A DNA stretch of 64,000 nucleotides from NCBI GenBank assembly GCA_951406725.2, contig OX597819.1, positions 89,032,001 to 89,096,000 on the forward strand, written 5' to 3'. Both the position numbers and the translations under genes were made by a program. Positions 11,876 through 26,055 of this stretch are shown here, piece by piece; the first letter of the stretch is position 1; every line of letters starts with the position of its first letter. The notes beneath the pieces were generated by a model. That model was not told the origin of the DNA. It worked only from the letters and a program-made list of their open reading frames with translations, and searched no databases. This stretch comes from Octopus vulgaris (Eukaryota).

Positions 11876-12971
11876 TACATTATTTAGACACGTTAAGTAT
11901 TAATTCTTTATCTGACGAGAAAAGAGCAAACAGCTACAGTAGAACCAGATTTGGTAGGAAATAAGCTTAGTGTATTCAGAGTAAGCTTGAAATGTTTACA
12001 TTTGAAATAATTAAATGCCAAAAATGCCCAATGCTTGTGATATCAATAACATGGGAAATATCTTTGATATTCTACTTGTACTTTCCGATATAGTGTTACT
12101 TTCTTCAAAGATTTTTTTTTTTTTTTACTCTTTTTCCCCCTTCAGGGAAGTGGGAAGCCGATAAAAAACAATTTACTATAAATAATCGTTCTTATCCATG
12201 TGCCGCCCACTGTGAGCAAAATCAAAGAAAAAAAAAATCTTCGAGAGTAGTAAACCTATTACAACTCTTACAAGAACGTACTCAAAAGGATTTGCTAGCA
12301 CTTGCACAACACAAATGCATCAAAATTCTCTGTCGCTTTATCTAGTGCACACTGACGCGCATGCACAAACGCATGCATGCACACACACTGACACGCGCAC
12401 ACAAGCTGACAACGCACGCACATTGACTCGCGCGCGCGCTGACATACAAACACATAGTCACGTGCGTGCGCACATACATACATACACAGTCACGCACGCA
12501 CACATTCTGACTCATATTCACACACACACACACACACACACAATTTCTCTCCCTCTTTCTCACAAACCTAGTCCGTTTAATAACATTTTTCACATATATG
12601 ATAAAATAAGCCAAAACATCAAATACTTCTGTTTTTTTTCCTACTTGATTATTAATAACAAATGGTCCATTAACGGATGGGTTAGTTCTATTGACTTTGA
12701 AATAAGAGGGATGACATACCTCTTTGTTAATATCTTTGGGAAAAGGTCAGCAACAATGTGGCACTGCTAAGTCCTTCAATACAATGTGTTGCATTAAAGG
12801 CACCACTGAAAACTATCTCCACAAAGTCTATTGTTGGTGGGTGGGGATGAAAATCAACCTAGCAAAATCTATGCCTTTTTCAACCTAGAACCATTGGAAG
12901 GATTTGAACACAGCACCAGATATGTCTTAACATTTTAGGCTCCCGGACAAATCAATGTACATGTATGCATA

Positions 12972-13354
12972 CTCTTTTACTTGTTTCAGTCATTTGACTG
13001 CGGCCATGCTGGAGCACCGCCTTTAATCGAGCAACTCGACCCCGGGACTTATTCTTTGTAAGCCCAGTATTTATTCTATTGGTCTCTTTTGCCGAACCGC
13101 TAAGTGGCGGGGACATAAACACACCAGCATCGCTTGTCAAGCAATGCTAGGGGGACAAACACAAACATACACGCACACATATATATACATATATACGACG
13201 GGCTTCTTTCAGTTTCCGTCTACCAAATCCACTCACAAGGCTTTGGTCGGCCCAAGGCTATAGTAGAAGACACTTGCCCAAGGTGCCACGCAGTGGGACT
13301 GAACCCGGAACAATGTGGTTGGTAAACAAGCTACTTACCACACAACCACTCCTG
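12972..13354 (-). mobile_element. SINE family A, full-length young copy
   Basis: CpGs intact; complete head, body and tail AAGGCGGTGCTCCAGCATGGCCGCAGTCAAATGACTGAAACAAGTAAAAGAG. Confidence 0.9.
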
Positions 13355-13974
13355 ATGGGCTTCTTTCAGTTTCTGTCTACCAAAACCACTCACAGGGCTT
13401 TAGTATGCCTAGAGCTATAGCAGCAATGTACATGTACACATATATATATATATGATGGGCTTCTTTCAGTTTCTGCCAACCAAATCCACTCACAGGGCTT
13501 TGGTATGCCTAGAGCTATAGCAGAAGACACTTGGTCAGGGTATGGTACAGTGGGACTGAACTCATGACTACATGGTTGGGAATAAAAGTTTCTGAACCAC
13601 ACGATATAGTATTTATTTATTGAGAGCAAAACAAAGCATATATATGGAATTGACTATTTACTGCATGCTCACACGGACCCTCTACATCTTTCCAATTGAT
13701 TTGGAGTGTCTGATTCGTGGATTTTCTTATTCTACCCTTGGATTATGTTATCTTTAAATTCCTTTGGAGTACACTGTTTCTACATCTTTGTGAAAAGACT
13801 TTCCGGCCATTGGAAAACAGGTGAGAGTAGGTGACAGGAAGGACATCCAACCATTGAAAATATGCCTCAACAAATTCCATCTATGCCTGTCTAGGAGCCA
13901 CTCTGAATAAGAACTGTCTTGAATTCTGACAACTCATCCAGCCCATGCCAGTATATATATATATATATATACTA

Positions 13975-14220
13975 CAAAATTAGAAAATGGAGAAACATAC
14001 TTAAATCAATAAAACATCAACTATCAGATGATACCCAATCAATACTTTATTACACCATTACATATCAGTAAAGGCATTATACAAAATATATAGTAAATAT
14101 AAATAGACAAGGAAATAGAAATATAAAATATAATATGTAATTATATCATATCTGACAGCTGTTTCGGCAGTAAGGGCAGTCATACCTCATTTAACCTATA
14201 AGCCATAAAGGCAGGTAGAG
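13975..14220 (-). mobile_element. Penelope-like arm with 3' half of a hammerhead
   Basis: minus strand CCGAAAC-AGCT-GTC at ~14154-14167; the CTGANGA half is missing (SINE fragment adjoins). Confidence 0.45.
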
Positions 14221-14829
14221 AGAGGGGGGGTTCAGTAACAGAGACCGATAGAATAAGTACAAGGTTTTTAAAAAAATTTGTTCAACTAAAAGGTGGTGCT
14301 CCAATATGGCTGCAGTCACATGACTGAAAAATCACATGGCTCTGGGAACTGATGTTAGTGTGTTTACGTCCCTGTAACTAAGTGGTTCAGCAAAAGAGAC
14401 CAATAGAATTAAGTACTAGGCTTACAATGAATAAGTCCTGGAGTCGATTTGTTTGACTAAACGTGGTGCTTCAGCATATCCACAGTCAAATGACAGAAAC
14501 AGGTAAAGAGTAATATACAGGTGTGCATGCATGTGTGTTTTTGTGCATATCCTTGTCTAGACACGTGATGGTTGTAAATAGACTTCATTATCATACAAGT
14601 AATGTTATTTTTTTCACCTCCTCTGTGTAAAAACTTTCCGGCCATCGGAAAACAGGTGAGAGTAGGTGACAGGAAGGACATCCAACCATTGAAAATATGC
14701 CTCAACAAATCCCATCCATGCCTGTCTAGGATGATAGCGACTCTGAATAAGAACTGTCTTGAATTCTGACAACTCATCTAGCCCATGCCAGCATATATCA
14801 CTCTATCAACTAGACTATAAGCTTCCTTG

Positions 14830-15065
14830 GATTGTTGTAGCTTTTGAATGATGCCACTCTATTGGCTAAGTGGGAAGGCTAACATTCCCCACTAAACAGA
14901 AAGCCAGTCTGTCACAAAGTCACCTATTTACAGCTGAGTGAACTGAAGCAACCTGAAATGAAGTGTTTCGCTCAAGAACACAACACACTGCCTGCTAATC
15001 TGGGAAATTGAACCCACGATCTTGTGATCATGAGTACAACATCCTAACCACTAGGCGTTGCACCT
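14830..15065 (-). mobile_element. tRNA-derived SINE family C
   Basis: CAGCTGAGTGAACTGAAGCAACCTGAAATGAAGTG...GCTCAAGAACACAAC...TAACCACTAGG; recurs at 23720-24000, 40575-40830, 46800-47126, 48750-49045(+) and 61895-62025. Confidence 0.75.
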
Positions 15066-15329
15066 TTACACACACATCATTATCATTCTCTTTTGCCTCT
15101 TTCTATGCTGGCATGGGCTGGATGAGTTGTCAGGATTCAAGACTGTTCTTATTCAGAGTCAATACCCTCCTAGACAGGCAGGAGAAGTACATCTTGCAAG
15201 ATTTCTTTTTTGGTTTGGGTTCTATAGCTAGATACCCTTCCTATCACCAAACACTTTATAGTGTGTATTGAGTGCACTTTAAAGTGTCATTAGCACAAGA
15301 GAGGTTGTTGTCTCCTCCTCCTCCTCATC

Positions 15330-15630
15330 ATCATCATCATTTAATGTTTGCTTCCCATGTTGGTATATGTTGGACAGTTTGACATAGATCTGGCTAGTAG
15401 GGAAATGTTCAGACTCCAGCTATCTGTTGTGGAATGGTTTCTACAACTGGATGCTCTTCCTAATGCCAACCACTTAACCGAGTGTGCTGGGTGCTTCTCG
15501 CATGCCACCAGCACTGGCACAGGTGTGTTTTCGCAGCACCAGCACAGGTGCATTAATGCCCCACAGGTACAGGTGCATTAACACAGTACTAGCATGGATG
15601 CATTAATACTGCACTGGCACCAGCATCTGA
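15330..15630 (-). mobile_element. RTE LINE 3'UTR fragment with (GAT)n tail
   Basis: matches 19145-19497 in reverse. Confidence 0.7.
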
Positions 15631-16089
15631 AAGGACAAGTAAAAGCTCCTTTCAAATCTACATACTCCCTATTTCTCCACCAACCACTTTACATAGTGTA
15701 CAGGGTGTTTTTTATTGTAGTATAAAAAGATACACAAAGTATAATTAAGCAGAATTTGCCACAGACATGTATGGATGGATACATATTAGGAATTGGAAAC
15801 TGTAGTTTTCCACATTTTGTCTTTTTGTTATCGATGTACTGTAGAATATTTGCATTGTAACCACTCTTAGAACAAGCAGTAGCCAAGCTGTAAACTGTCA
15901 TTCTTTACCATTCTTAATATAAGAAAATTCTTTTATAACCTCTTTAACTATAGCCTCACTTGAAGATTTACATGAGGCAAGCAGTCCTTAAAAATGTGTA
16001 TAAAGAATTACACACACACACACTCACTCACATTACAATATTGTCATCACAATATATGTGAATGTGTGTACTCATACATACATACATAC

Positions 16090-16135
<46 letters not shown>

Positions 16136-16728
16136 ATAATAATCATTTAATATATATCTTAATATGTTATATTAGAGGTGTGCATGCATGCATACATACA
16201 TACATACAAAAGCGATTGTTATTCACAGAATGTTGCTAGAATGACAAGAACAACAACAACAACAATAATAATAATACCAACAAAACTCAAAACCAAATTC
16301 AAATAAAACACAAGAGCCTAATAAAGGTGAATTCACTGCAACGAGGAACAATAACCCTCGACAAAGCAGAACTAAGAAAAGAGATTAACTTCTATTAGAT
16401 AATATACTATATTTTTTTCCTTTCCTTCCTTCCTTCCTCGCTTCTTGCATCCCACCTCTCTCCCCTGGAATGTTCTAAATTCCTATTGAAAGATGACAAG
16501 ATAGAGATGGAAGTTTTCTTTCTTCATTTTTCCTTTTCTTTTTCTTTTTTTAACGAAATTCCAAATAAAAGATTGAACAATCGACAAATGTGTTTGTCCT
16601 TCATTGTATGTATATATTTCTTTTGCAAGCCAAGTCACAATTTTCTGTGTGTATATGACTGAATAGTTGAATGACTGCATTAAGAATGCAAGAGTTATAA
16701 CTAACATTCATACATTTGTCCTATGGCT

Positions 16729-16769
<41 letters not shown>

Positions 16770-17015
16770 AACAACAACAACAACAACGATATATGAATAA
16801 TAAGAAGAATATTAAGGAAATGTCATCCTCTTTTACAAGCTATATATATGATAAAATTTTGAGCGGTTGTCTTAGAAGTATATAACATGGGAAAAAATAT
16901 ATTTTCCCCCGACGAATTTATTATACATATTAAAATCAGAATAACAGATTGCATATATGGATATATGAATATATACATATAAACACACACACATATATAT
17001 AGTTCTCTATCTCTC

Positions 17016-17046
<31 letters not shown>

Positions 17047-17738
17047 TGAAATGAAACAGAAGAGATAGAATAAAAAAAAATAATCACCATAATCAAAACA
17101 ATATCAAACAAAATAGAAGTTATAATAAATCCCGGGGATGAATAAGTATATAAACGCAGTACCAGAATATATAAAAAAAAAATGATGATGATGGGAGAGA
17201 TGCCAAACAATAGAGATAGAGAGGGGGAGAAAGAGAAAGAAAGAGAGTGGGATAGGTAGGGATAATGTGTTTGATTTGGGCATTTAATCCAATGCAGATA
17301 TGGAAATATCTTAGATACCTTGTAAAAAAGAACCAAAATGTCATCAGATAAAGGGGAATTTCTAAAGCGAAAGGTCAAAATGATAAAAGAAAAATATGTG
17401 TGTACATGCATATATGTGTGTATGCATATTTGTGTGTATGCTTGTGCATGTATGTTTGTAGTATATGTTTGTTGTGTGTGTGTGGGGGTGGGTGTAAAAC
17501 AATTGAAAAGCAAAAGCGAAATCCAGTGAATCTAAGAAGAAATATTCAGTAATTTTGGTTTTTTTTCATTGTTTTTGACTTTTTGTTTTGTTTTTAGTGA
17601 GGTTATTAATGAATCCTTTGACAAAACGCATGTAATTCTTACTTCCCACCATTCCCCCCATCTGAATTCATTATGACTCCCATTTATTATTACATCTTTT
17701 TTATACTTTTTCTTTACACACACACACACACACACAAC

Positions 17739-17773
<35 letters not shown>

Positions 17774-18379
17774 TACATACACACACACACCACAACCACC
17801 ATTGCAAAGTATAAAGGAAGAGATATCATCATTTAGGCTTATATCAAGAGGTGCAGTGGTGGGTAGAGGAAGAGCAAGGAGAAAAGGCTTATAGGGTTTA
17901 CAAGCACAGAGTTTTGTACATATTTTGGTCTTGTGTCATATTTTTCCAAGACAATTATTCGTGGAATAGTCATGGTAGCTATTTAAAAACATACATATAT
18001 CCTTATTACTTTTTCCTTTATATCTTCTTTTGTGATCATACTGTTTTGTGATATTCTTCAATATATTGCAAAAAAAAAAAAAGAAGAAAAAAAGAGGAAA
18101 GAAAAATTACAAAAAAAATGGTGTGATTCATCTATGACCTGGTCACTTGACAGACACATTTTCATTCCATTTCCAGAGTCAGAGCTGCAATGAATTCTAA
18201 TGAGGGATGTTGGAAATTAAGTATCATATACATTTTTATCAAAGGGTTGATTAATGTTCTCCATAAAAAGATAAAAAAAACAACAAAAATCTTTAACCTT
18301 TTTGTTGCCAATTTTTGTGGAAATATTCTGCTTTTGTTTCAAGTAATTTTTAAAATAATCAAATTATCAAAATGACTGT

Positions 18380-18808
18380 AGGTGCGGAAGTGGCTGTGTG
18401 GTAAGAAGCTTGCTTCCCAACCATGTGGTTTTGAGATCAGTCCCATTGCCTGGCATCTTGGGCAAGTGTCTTCTACTATAGCCTTGGGCTGACCAGAGCT
18501 TTGTGAATGGATTTGGTAGACAGAAACTGAAAGAAGCTCATTGTATATATGTACATATGATATATGTGTGTGTGTGCCTTTCTGTCTGTTTGTCCTCTCC
18601 CTCCACACACACACACACACGCCACTTGACAACTGGTGTTGTTGTGTTTATGTCCCTGTAACTTAGCAGTTCAGTAAAAGAGCCTGATAGAATAAGTACC
18701 AAGTTTTACAATAATAAGTACTGGAGTCGAAATATCCAACTAAAAATTCAAGGTAGTGCCCTAGCTTGGCCACAGTTTAATGACTAAAACAAGTAAAAAA
18801 TAAAAGAT
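18380..18808 (+). mobile_element. SINE family A
   Basis: head, body and tail motifs; CpG-decayed. Confidence 0.85.
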
Positions 18809-19026
18809 AGCTGATAGAAGCTGGTTTGGTATTTGGGAAGACAAAAAATTTGATTTAACCCTTTAGTATTCGTATTATTCTGTCAAATGTAATCCCTCAT
18901 CATATTGTGATTCACCTATCATGGTTTATTATTTAAGCTTAGATTGATTCCTCCGTGGTGCTGGTTTGCATTTATAATAAAGTAAATATATACAAATTAT
19001 AAAAATAAAAATAATAATTTTATGTA

Positions 19027-19108
19027 CAGTACTGTTTCTACTTCGGGGATTTTCACCTATTGCAGGGGTTTTTTGGAATGTAACACCACAATAGTCAAGG
19101 GATTACTG
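19027..19108. mobile_element. tiny pogo/Tigger-like MITE
   Basis: TA|CAGTA...TACTG|TA termini. Confidence 0.4.
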
Positions 19109-19144
19109 TATTTATTAATTCTTTGTTTAGAATTAATTACATAT

Positions 19145-19497
19145 GATCAACATCAATGGAAATTGTAGCTGTGATACCAGTGCCGGTGGCACGTAAGAGA
19201 ACCATCCTAACATGGCCGTTGCCAGTGCCGCCCCGACTGGCCTCCGTGCTGGTGGCACGTAAAAAGCACCATCCAATCATGGCCGTTTGCCAGCCTTGTC
19301 TGGCACCTGTGCCGGTGGCACGTAAAAAGCACCCACTACACTCTCGGAGTGGTTGGCGTTAGGAAGGGCATCCAGCCGTAGAAACATTGCCAAATCAGAC
19401 TGGGCCTGGTGCAGCCTTCTGGCTTCCCAGACCCCAGTTGAACCGTCCAACCCATGCTAGCATGGAAAGCGGACGCTAAGCAATGATGATGATGATA
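19145..19497 (+). mobile_element. RTE LINE 3' end (repeated GTGCCGGTGGCACGTAAAAAGCACC modules, (GAT)n tail)
   Basis: same modules follow the RTE ORF end at 36641-36890; further copies at 25748-26055 and 40045-40558. Confidence 0.8.
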
Positions 19498-21397
19498 TAT
19501 AGTTAACTACATTAAACAATGCTCTTTGACAGAAGACATTCCAGCCATGACCATTTTGGATAGGAGGAATTATCTAGGACTAGACACACACACACACACA
19601 TAGACTAGTAGATACAAGCACACATGGACATATACATATGAATACAAAGAAACTTATAAGGTGGTATGTATATGTTGTCTGTTTGCCTCGCTGTATGAAT
19701 GTACAAGTGTGTGTGTACACACATCTATGTGTTTATAAACCCAGTAGGAGGTCATCAGATTATACATACAGATAGCATAACAGTCTGTAATATAGAGACT
19801 GATATAATGGACTTTTATATATTTTAGAAAGAAATATGAATTTTATTTTATTGAAATATTCCTGAAGAAAACAATAGCTTAATGAAAATATTCTAACATT
19901 GACGAAAACATTATTGTCTATTGCTAAACTGATTAAAGTAAACTGAAATATATACATTAAATATATGAAGAATAATGTTATATGAATTATAAATAAATAT
20001 AAATTGAATCTAATGAAAGTATATATATATTATGTGTATGTATATATATCATCATCATCATTTCAACATTCACCTTAAGACAGAATTTTATGGAGGAAAA
20101 TTTTTTATAGACAGATGCCCTTCCTATCACCTACTCTCACTTGTTTCCAAGTAAGGTAATATTTCCTCATGACCAGACATGTTTTTATGGAAAATTGCAA
20201 ACGAAGGACACTGCTTGTCTGGCATGGACACACACTTTCAGCTATCAAAAATTTGGGAATGGAGTAGGTAAAATCCAGGTTACATATCTTTCATAGTTTA
20301 TTGTACTTCAATACACGAAAAATTCAAAATCTTTTGTGCCAATAAACCACTATTGTTTCTGAAAGTTGTTTTTTATATCTTCTGTGAACTGCTTGAAGCT
20401 GACTAACTTCCTACACTTTGATCCTTGGACCTTACCTTTACACACACACACACACACACACACATATAGTTTCTGTCCACAGAATTCACTCACAAGACTT
20501 TATTCAACCTAGGGGCTATATTAGAAGACACTTGCCCAAGGTGCCATGCAGTGGGGCTGAACCCAAAACCACATGGTTTGGAAGCAAGCTTCTTAACCAC
20601 ACAGCCACACCTGCACCTGTCATATATGTGTGCATATATGTATGTGTATGCATGTGTGTTTGTGTGCATGTCAATATGCATGCATGCTGTGTGTGCTGCA
20701 AGGATAGAAAGATATTTAAAGGAAATATTGATGAATATATATATATTGAGGAATTTATGATAAATGCTATAGCTTTCCATGTCTACATGCAACGACCATG
20801 AATTTGGTGACCCTGGAAGCTGGTGATGTAGGTTAGTGAGAGGGTGGGAAATCCCCAGAAGTAATGTCAATGATTATTGTCACAAACACACGCAAGAGAA
20901 CAGTAATTCTATTTAAAAAAGGGGGATATATTATATGCTCGACTATTATTGAGATTTCTAGAAAAATCAGGGGAAGAAAACACAGGAGAAAAAATTTTTT
21001 TTATTTCAAAACTGCTAAGAGGAGAAATTTAGGAATTTCTCTTCAAATCAGTTTTATTTAACTAAAATGAACTTAATTGTTAGCTAGGACAAAAATGTGT
21101 GGAATGCAATGTGATTTAAAAATGAAAAAAAAAAAAAAAAAGAAGCAATTTACCAAATCACTCGGATGAATGAATTTATTTGGCATGAAATACTCAAAAA
21201 TTATGCTTGGACCAATTCAAGTAACCAAATTTGTAATTGGGGGCCCAAATTCAGGGAAACTAGTGGTGGTTTAAATTGACAATATTTAATCCATGGATTA
21301 AAATGGATGGATAGGAGAATATAGAGAAGAATTCAGGAAGTTGATTTCTGAGGAGGAGTTATTATATATATTCTATTACTTTGGAAAAGAGAATATA

Positions 21398-21800
21398 TCT
21401 TTTATCTTTTACTTGTTTCAGTCATTAGATTGTGTACATGATGGGGCATTGCCTTGCAGAATTATAACAGAATCAATTGAACCCAGGACCGTTTTTTTTT
21501 TTTTTATAGGCCTGGTACTTATTCTATTGGTGTCTTTTGCCAAACCACTTAAGTTAAGTTAAGGGGTCGTAAACATACCAGCACTGGTTGCCAAGCAATG
21601 GTGGAGACAAATAGACACGAAGGCACACAGACAGATAGATAGATATACGATGGGCTTCTTTCAGTTTCAGTCTACCAAATCCACTCACAAAGCTTTGAAC
21701 AGCTTCCCATAGTAGAAAATACTTGCCTAAGGTGCCATACAGTGGGATTGAACCTGGAACCATGTGGTTGGGAAGCAAGCTTGTAACCTCACAGCCATGC
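21398..21800 (-). mobile_element. SINE family A
   Basis: family motifs. Confidence 0.8.
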
Positions 21801-21985
21801 CTTAAAACATGTTGTAATGTTGGTTGCAAGATTGCAAAGAGAAACTGAATAAAGTATATGTGTGATAGGTGGGGGGATAGGTAGAAAAAAACAGTGAGAG
21901 GTGTGTGTGATGTATAAAATGAGACAGGAAGTAAAGAGTGAAGGGAAGACTGTGGAGGAGAAGTCAAAGCATGTAATATGATATT

Positions 21986-22465
21986 GGTGATGGCCAGATT
22001 GAAAGAGGTGGAATATAAGTAAGACATGAAGGCAATGGCAAGAAGAAGAGATGGACAGAAGGACACACAAAATAATGCAGGCACACAAAATAGAAGAAAG
22101 GAACTAGTGAAACGGAATGGTACACCGAGCTTGCGGAGAGAATAGATCAATCAATAAAGAATAACAGAAAAAGTAGAGAATTAAGAAACAGTAAGAAGCG
22201 GTCAGAATTACGAAGACAATGCTGGTGATGGCCAGATCAAGTGAGGTGGGAGATAAAAGTAAGAATTGAAGGCAGAGGCAAAAAGAAATGGACAAAGGAC
22301 ACACAAAATAACAAGGCACATAAGACGGGGGGGGGGGGGAATGAAAGAGCCAGTGAAAGGGAATGGTACAGGGAGCTTGTAGAGAACAGAGATCAATAAG
22401 GAATAATGGAGAATATATAGAGAATTAAGAGGTAGTAAGAAGTGGTCAGAATTATAAAGACAAAA
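21986..22465 (+). repeat. diverged ~237-bp purine-rich tandem duplication
   Basis: TGGTGATGGCCAGAT...GGACACACAAAATAA...GGAATGGTACA...GGTCAGAATTA occurs twice, colinear. Confidence 0.8.
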
Positions 22466-22859
22466 ATAGACAATATGGAAGACAGGAGATGGGTAGAAAA
22501 ATATATCACTTTCGGAAAGATGGGTGGCAAGACAGTACAATAAAACAGCAAACAAGCAAAATAATTATAAGCGCTGGATGTATGCCATGATGTAGTGTGA
22601 TATATATATATTCATTTTTATAGACATTCACATGCAATGTCTAGGAAAATTAGCTCAAATGCCAGAAGCAAATGATGTAATACACATGCATAGACTCTTC
22701 ACTCTGCAATGACCAGGACATTGATCAAAAGACAGACATTAATTCCACTTTTAATGTATGATATTTTATACAGTTTGGAGTGACAGTTATTTAATATTAC
22801 TGCACATTAGCATAGGATACAAGGAAATTGTGCTTTGTATAAAAAATAATAATAGCTAT

Positions 22860-23240
22860 TCAGGTATGGCTGTGTGGTTAAGAAGCTCGTTTTGCAAACA
22901 TGTAGTTTTGGGTTCTGTTCCACTGCATTGCACCTTGCGAAAGTGTTGTCTAAAATAAGCCTGGACTGACCAATACCTTGTAAGAGAATTTAGTAGATGG
23001 AAATTGTGTGGAAGCCCGTCATATGTACATATATACATACGTGTATGTGTGTGTGTGTGTGTATGAGTGTGTGTTGTTTTTCCCCTCACCAGTTCACAAC
23101 TTCTGTTGGTTTGTTTACAGCCCCATAAAAGAAACCAAGAGAATAAGTACAAGACTTAATAAAAGAGAAAGAGTACTGAGGTTGATTTGTTTGACTAAAC
23201 CTTTCAAGGGTGTAGACTTATAAATAAAACAAGTAAAAAA
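22860..23240 (+). mobile_element. SINE family A
   Basis: family motifs. Confidence 0.75.
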
Positions 23241-24318
23241 AAATTAAAAATTTTAAAAATTCACTAAATTATGCATTTAATTTCATGCTCTACTTTAATT
23301 ATTTTCATAATGATTCTGAAATTATTTACTTGCTAAATTCATCATCACTTAACATCCATCTTTCATGCTGGCATGAGTTGGACGGTGCTGGTAAGCCAGA
23401 GGACTGCACCAAGCTCCAATGTCAGTTTTGGCTTGGTTCTTATGGTTGGATGCCCTTCCTAATGCCAACCACTTTAAGGAGTAGACTGGGTGGTTTTTAC
23501 ATGGCATAGTTTTAACCTGAATAGGTTAAACCTACCTTGTATGCCCAAGAAGTAGGTGACTTATCTTTCATATCAAATACATAGATGTACAAACAAGCTC
23601 CTTTTCGGAGGTGAAGAAGGGCAAAACTGTGTCAATTACATTTACGGAGGCAAAAACATATCCCTAGCTGTCCTCTGCCTCTGAAACTAACATTAGATAT
23701 TTTTCTCATCACTGTATTGACCTGACTATCAGATGTTGTTATACATCACCCACTGCTCACAATAAGATTCCTCACTTTGTTGTAGCTTTCGAAAGATGCT
23801 ACCCAACCAGCAGGGTGAGCAGGCGAACATTCCTTCTTAATGGAATGCCAATCTGTTTCAGGGTTACCAGTTCATAGCTGAACAGACTAGAGCAACATAA
23901 AATGAAATGGTTTGCCCAACATCACAAGGCAACACCAGTCTGGGAAATGAAACCAAGACCCTTGCAATTGTGAGAGCAGCATCCAAACCAAGAGGCTATT
24001 GGGTTAATTTATTCAGAATCTATTCTTTTGTTATTTATTTGAAATTATTTTCTCTTCTCATTCAGACTTTTGTCTAGCTTCTCTATTTGTGAATTGAGTT
24101 TTAATAAATTAAGGCTCTGTTATTACATTCTTGGAGTGGTTGGCACTAGGAAAGGCATCCAGCTATTGAAACCATGCCAAATCAAACTGGAACTTGGTGC
24201 AGCTCTCCAGAATACCAGTTTCAGTTAAAACTGTCTGACCCATGCCAGCATGGAAAGCAGATGCTAAATGATAATGATGGTGATAAGTATATTTAATATA
24301 CCTCATTCTCATTCAGAG

Positions 24319-24370
<52 letters not shown>

Positions 24371-25360
24371 ATAAAAAACATTGGCTTAATTTGGGAGTGA
24401 ATACACTAGCTTATAGGTTGAGCTCTTTCAAATAAGGCATACCTTCTAATACATACACTACTCATCACAAACATACACATATATTAATCTTGTTTAAGAC
24501 ACATACTACCCTAAAAATTTCAGGAAAAAGAAAAAAAATGCAAGGATGAAATTTCTCTTTTTCAAAAGAGTGTTACAGATAGATGGATGGATAAATGAAA
24601 AAAAAATATACAAATACATAAAAGTATTGATTTAAGGAAATCTTTAGAGGGGTTGACTAGCTTGAATTATATACAATGAAACACAACAAATCAAAGAAAC
24701 TGGTTGAACCTCGATATTTGTGTCTGTATGTTTCATAATAACCAGACATACATATAATTATGTTAGTGAGAAGTGTCTCAAATCTTTTTGATATTTGAGG
24801 AAATTATAGAAATATGTATCTCTTTGGCAGCCCACTCGAATGAAATGTGCTTGTTTATTATTTTATTTTGTTTTTGCTGATATATATATATATATATACA
24901 TGCGTGTGTGTGTATGTGTGTATAGGTATACATGTCTGTGTATGTATGTACATATATATGTATGCATATATATATATATGTGTGTGTGTGTGTGCATATG
25001 TTTGTATTTTATATAAAGGATGTTTTGCAGAGGTGAGGAAAAGGAGCGATATTATAAATAATAATAATAATTATTATTGTTATTATCATTATTATTATTA
25101 CTAAAAAGAAAAACAATAAAAGAAATAAAATTGTAGCATGGGTGTAAAATAAAACTATGTACAAGGAAGGGAGTAAGTAATAAGTTTTCACACATCAGTG
25201 CTGTCCTGTCAACTGGGATGGCAGCTGACTACATTTACAGAGAAGACACAGGAGGAAATAAAATGATCAACTGTCTAAAATTACTAAATATACACACACA
25301 CACACACACAATATATATGTATACACCTACATACAAGTTTATGTACACACACACACATAT

Positions 25361-25668
25361 AGGTGCAGGCATGGCTGCGTGGTTAAGAAGCTTGCTTCCC
25401 CACCACATGGTTCCGAGTTTCAGTCCCACTGCGTGGCTCCTTGGGTAAGTGTCTTCTACTATAGCCTCAGGCCAACCAAAGCCTTGTAAGTGGATTTGGT
25501 AGATGGATACTGAAAGAAGCCTGTTGTGAGTTTGTTTACGCCCCCATAACTTAGTGGTTTGGCAAAAGAGAACAGTAAAATGAAAACTAGGCTTAAAAAA
25601 GAAGTCTTGGGATTGATTTGTGTGACTAAAACCCTTCAAATTACTGAAGCAAATAAAAGAATAAAAGA
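25361..25668 (+). mobile_element. SINE family A
   Basis: family motifs. Confidence 0.8.
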
Positions 25669-25697
25669 ATATGTATATATACATATGTGTATGTATG

Positions 25698-25731
<34 letters not shown>

Positions 25732-25747
25732 TGTATATATACATATG

Positions 25748-26055
25748 GTGGCACGTAAAAGCACCATCCGTTCGTGTCCATTGCCAGCCTCGCCTGGCCC
25801 CCGTGCCGGTGACACGTAAAAGCACCATCCGTTCGTGGCCGTTTGCCAGCTCTGTCTGGCACCTGTGCGGGTGGCACGTAAAAAGCACCCACTACACTCA
25901 CAGAGTGGTTGGCGTTAGGAAGGGCATCCAGCCGTAGAAACACTGCCAGATCTGACTGGGCCTGATGAAGCCTTCCAGCTTCACAGACCCCAGTTGGACC
26001 GTCCAACCCATGCTAGCATGGAGAACGGACGCTAAATGATGATGATGATGATGAT
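25748..26055 (+). mobile_element. RTE LINE 3' end inserted in a microsatellite
   Basis: modules plus (GAT)n tail. Confidence 0.8.

Noticed and set aside
13134-13325. Recurrent peptide LLSVSVYQIHSQGFG..EDTCPRCH in many ORFs
   Set aside because: Antisense translation of SINE A, not a gene family
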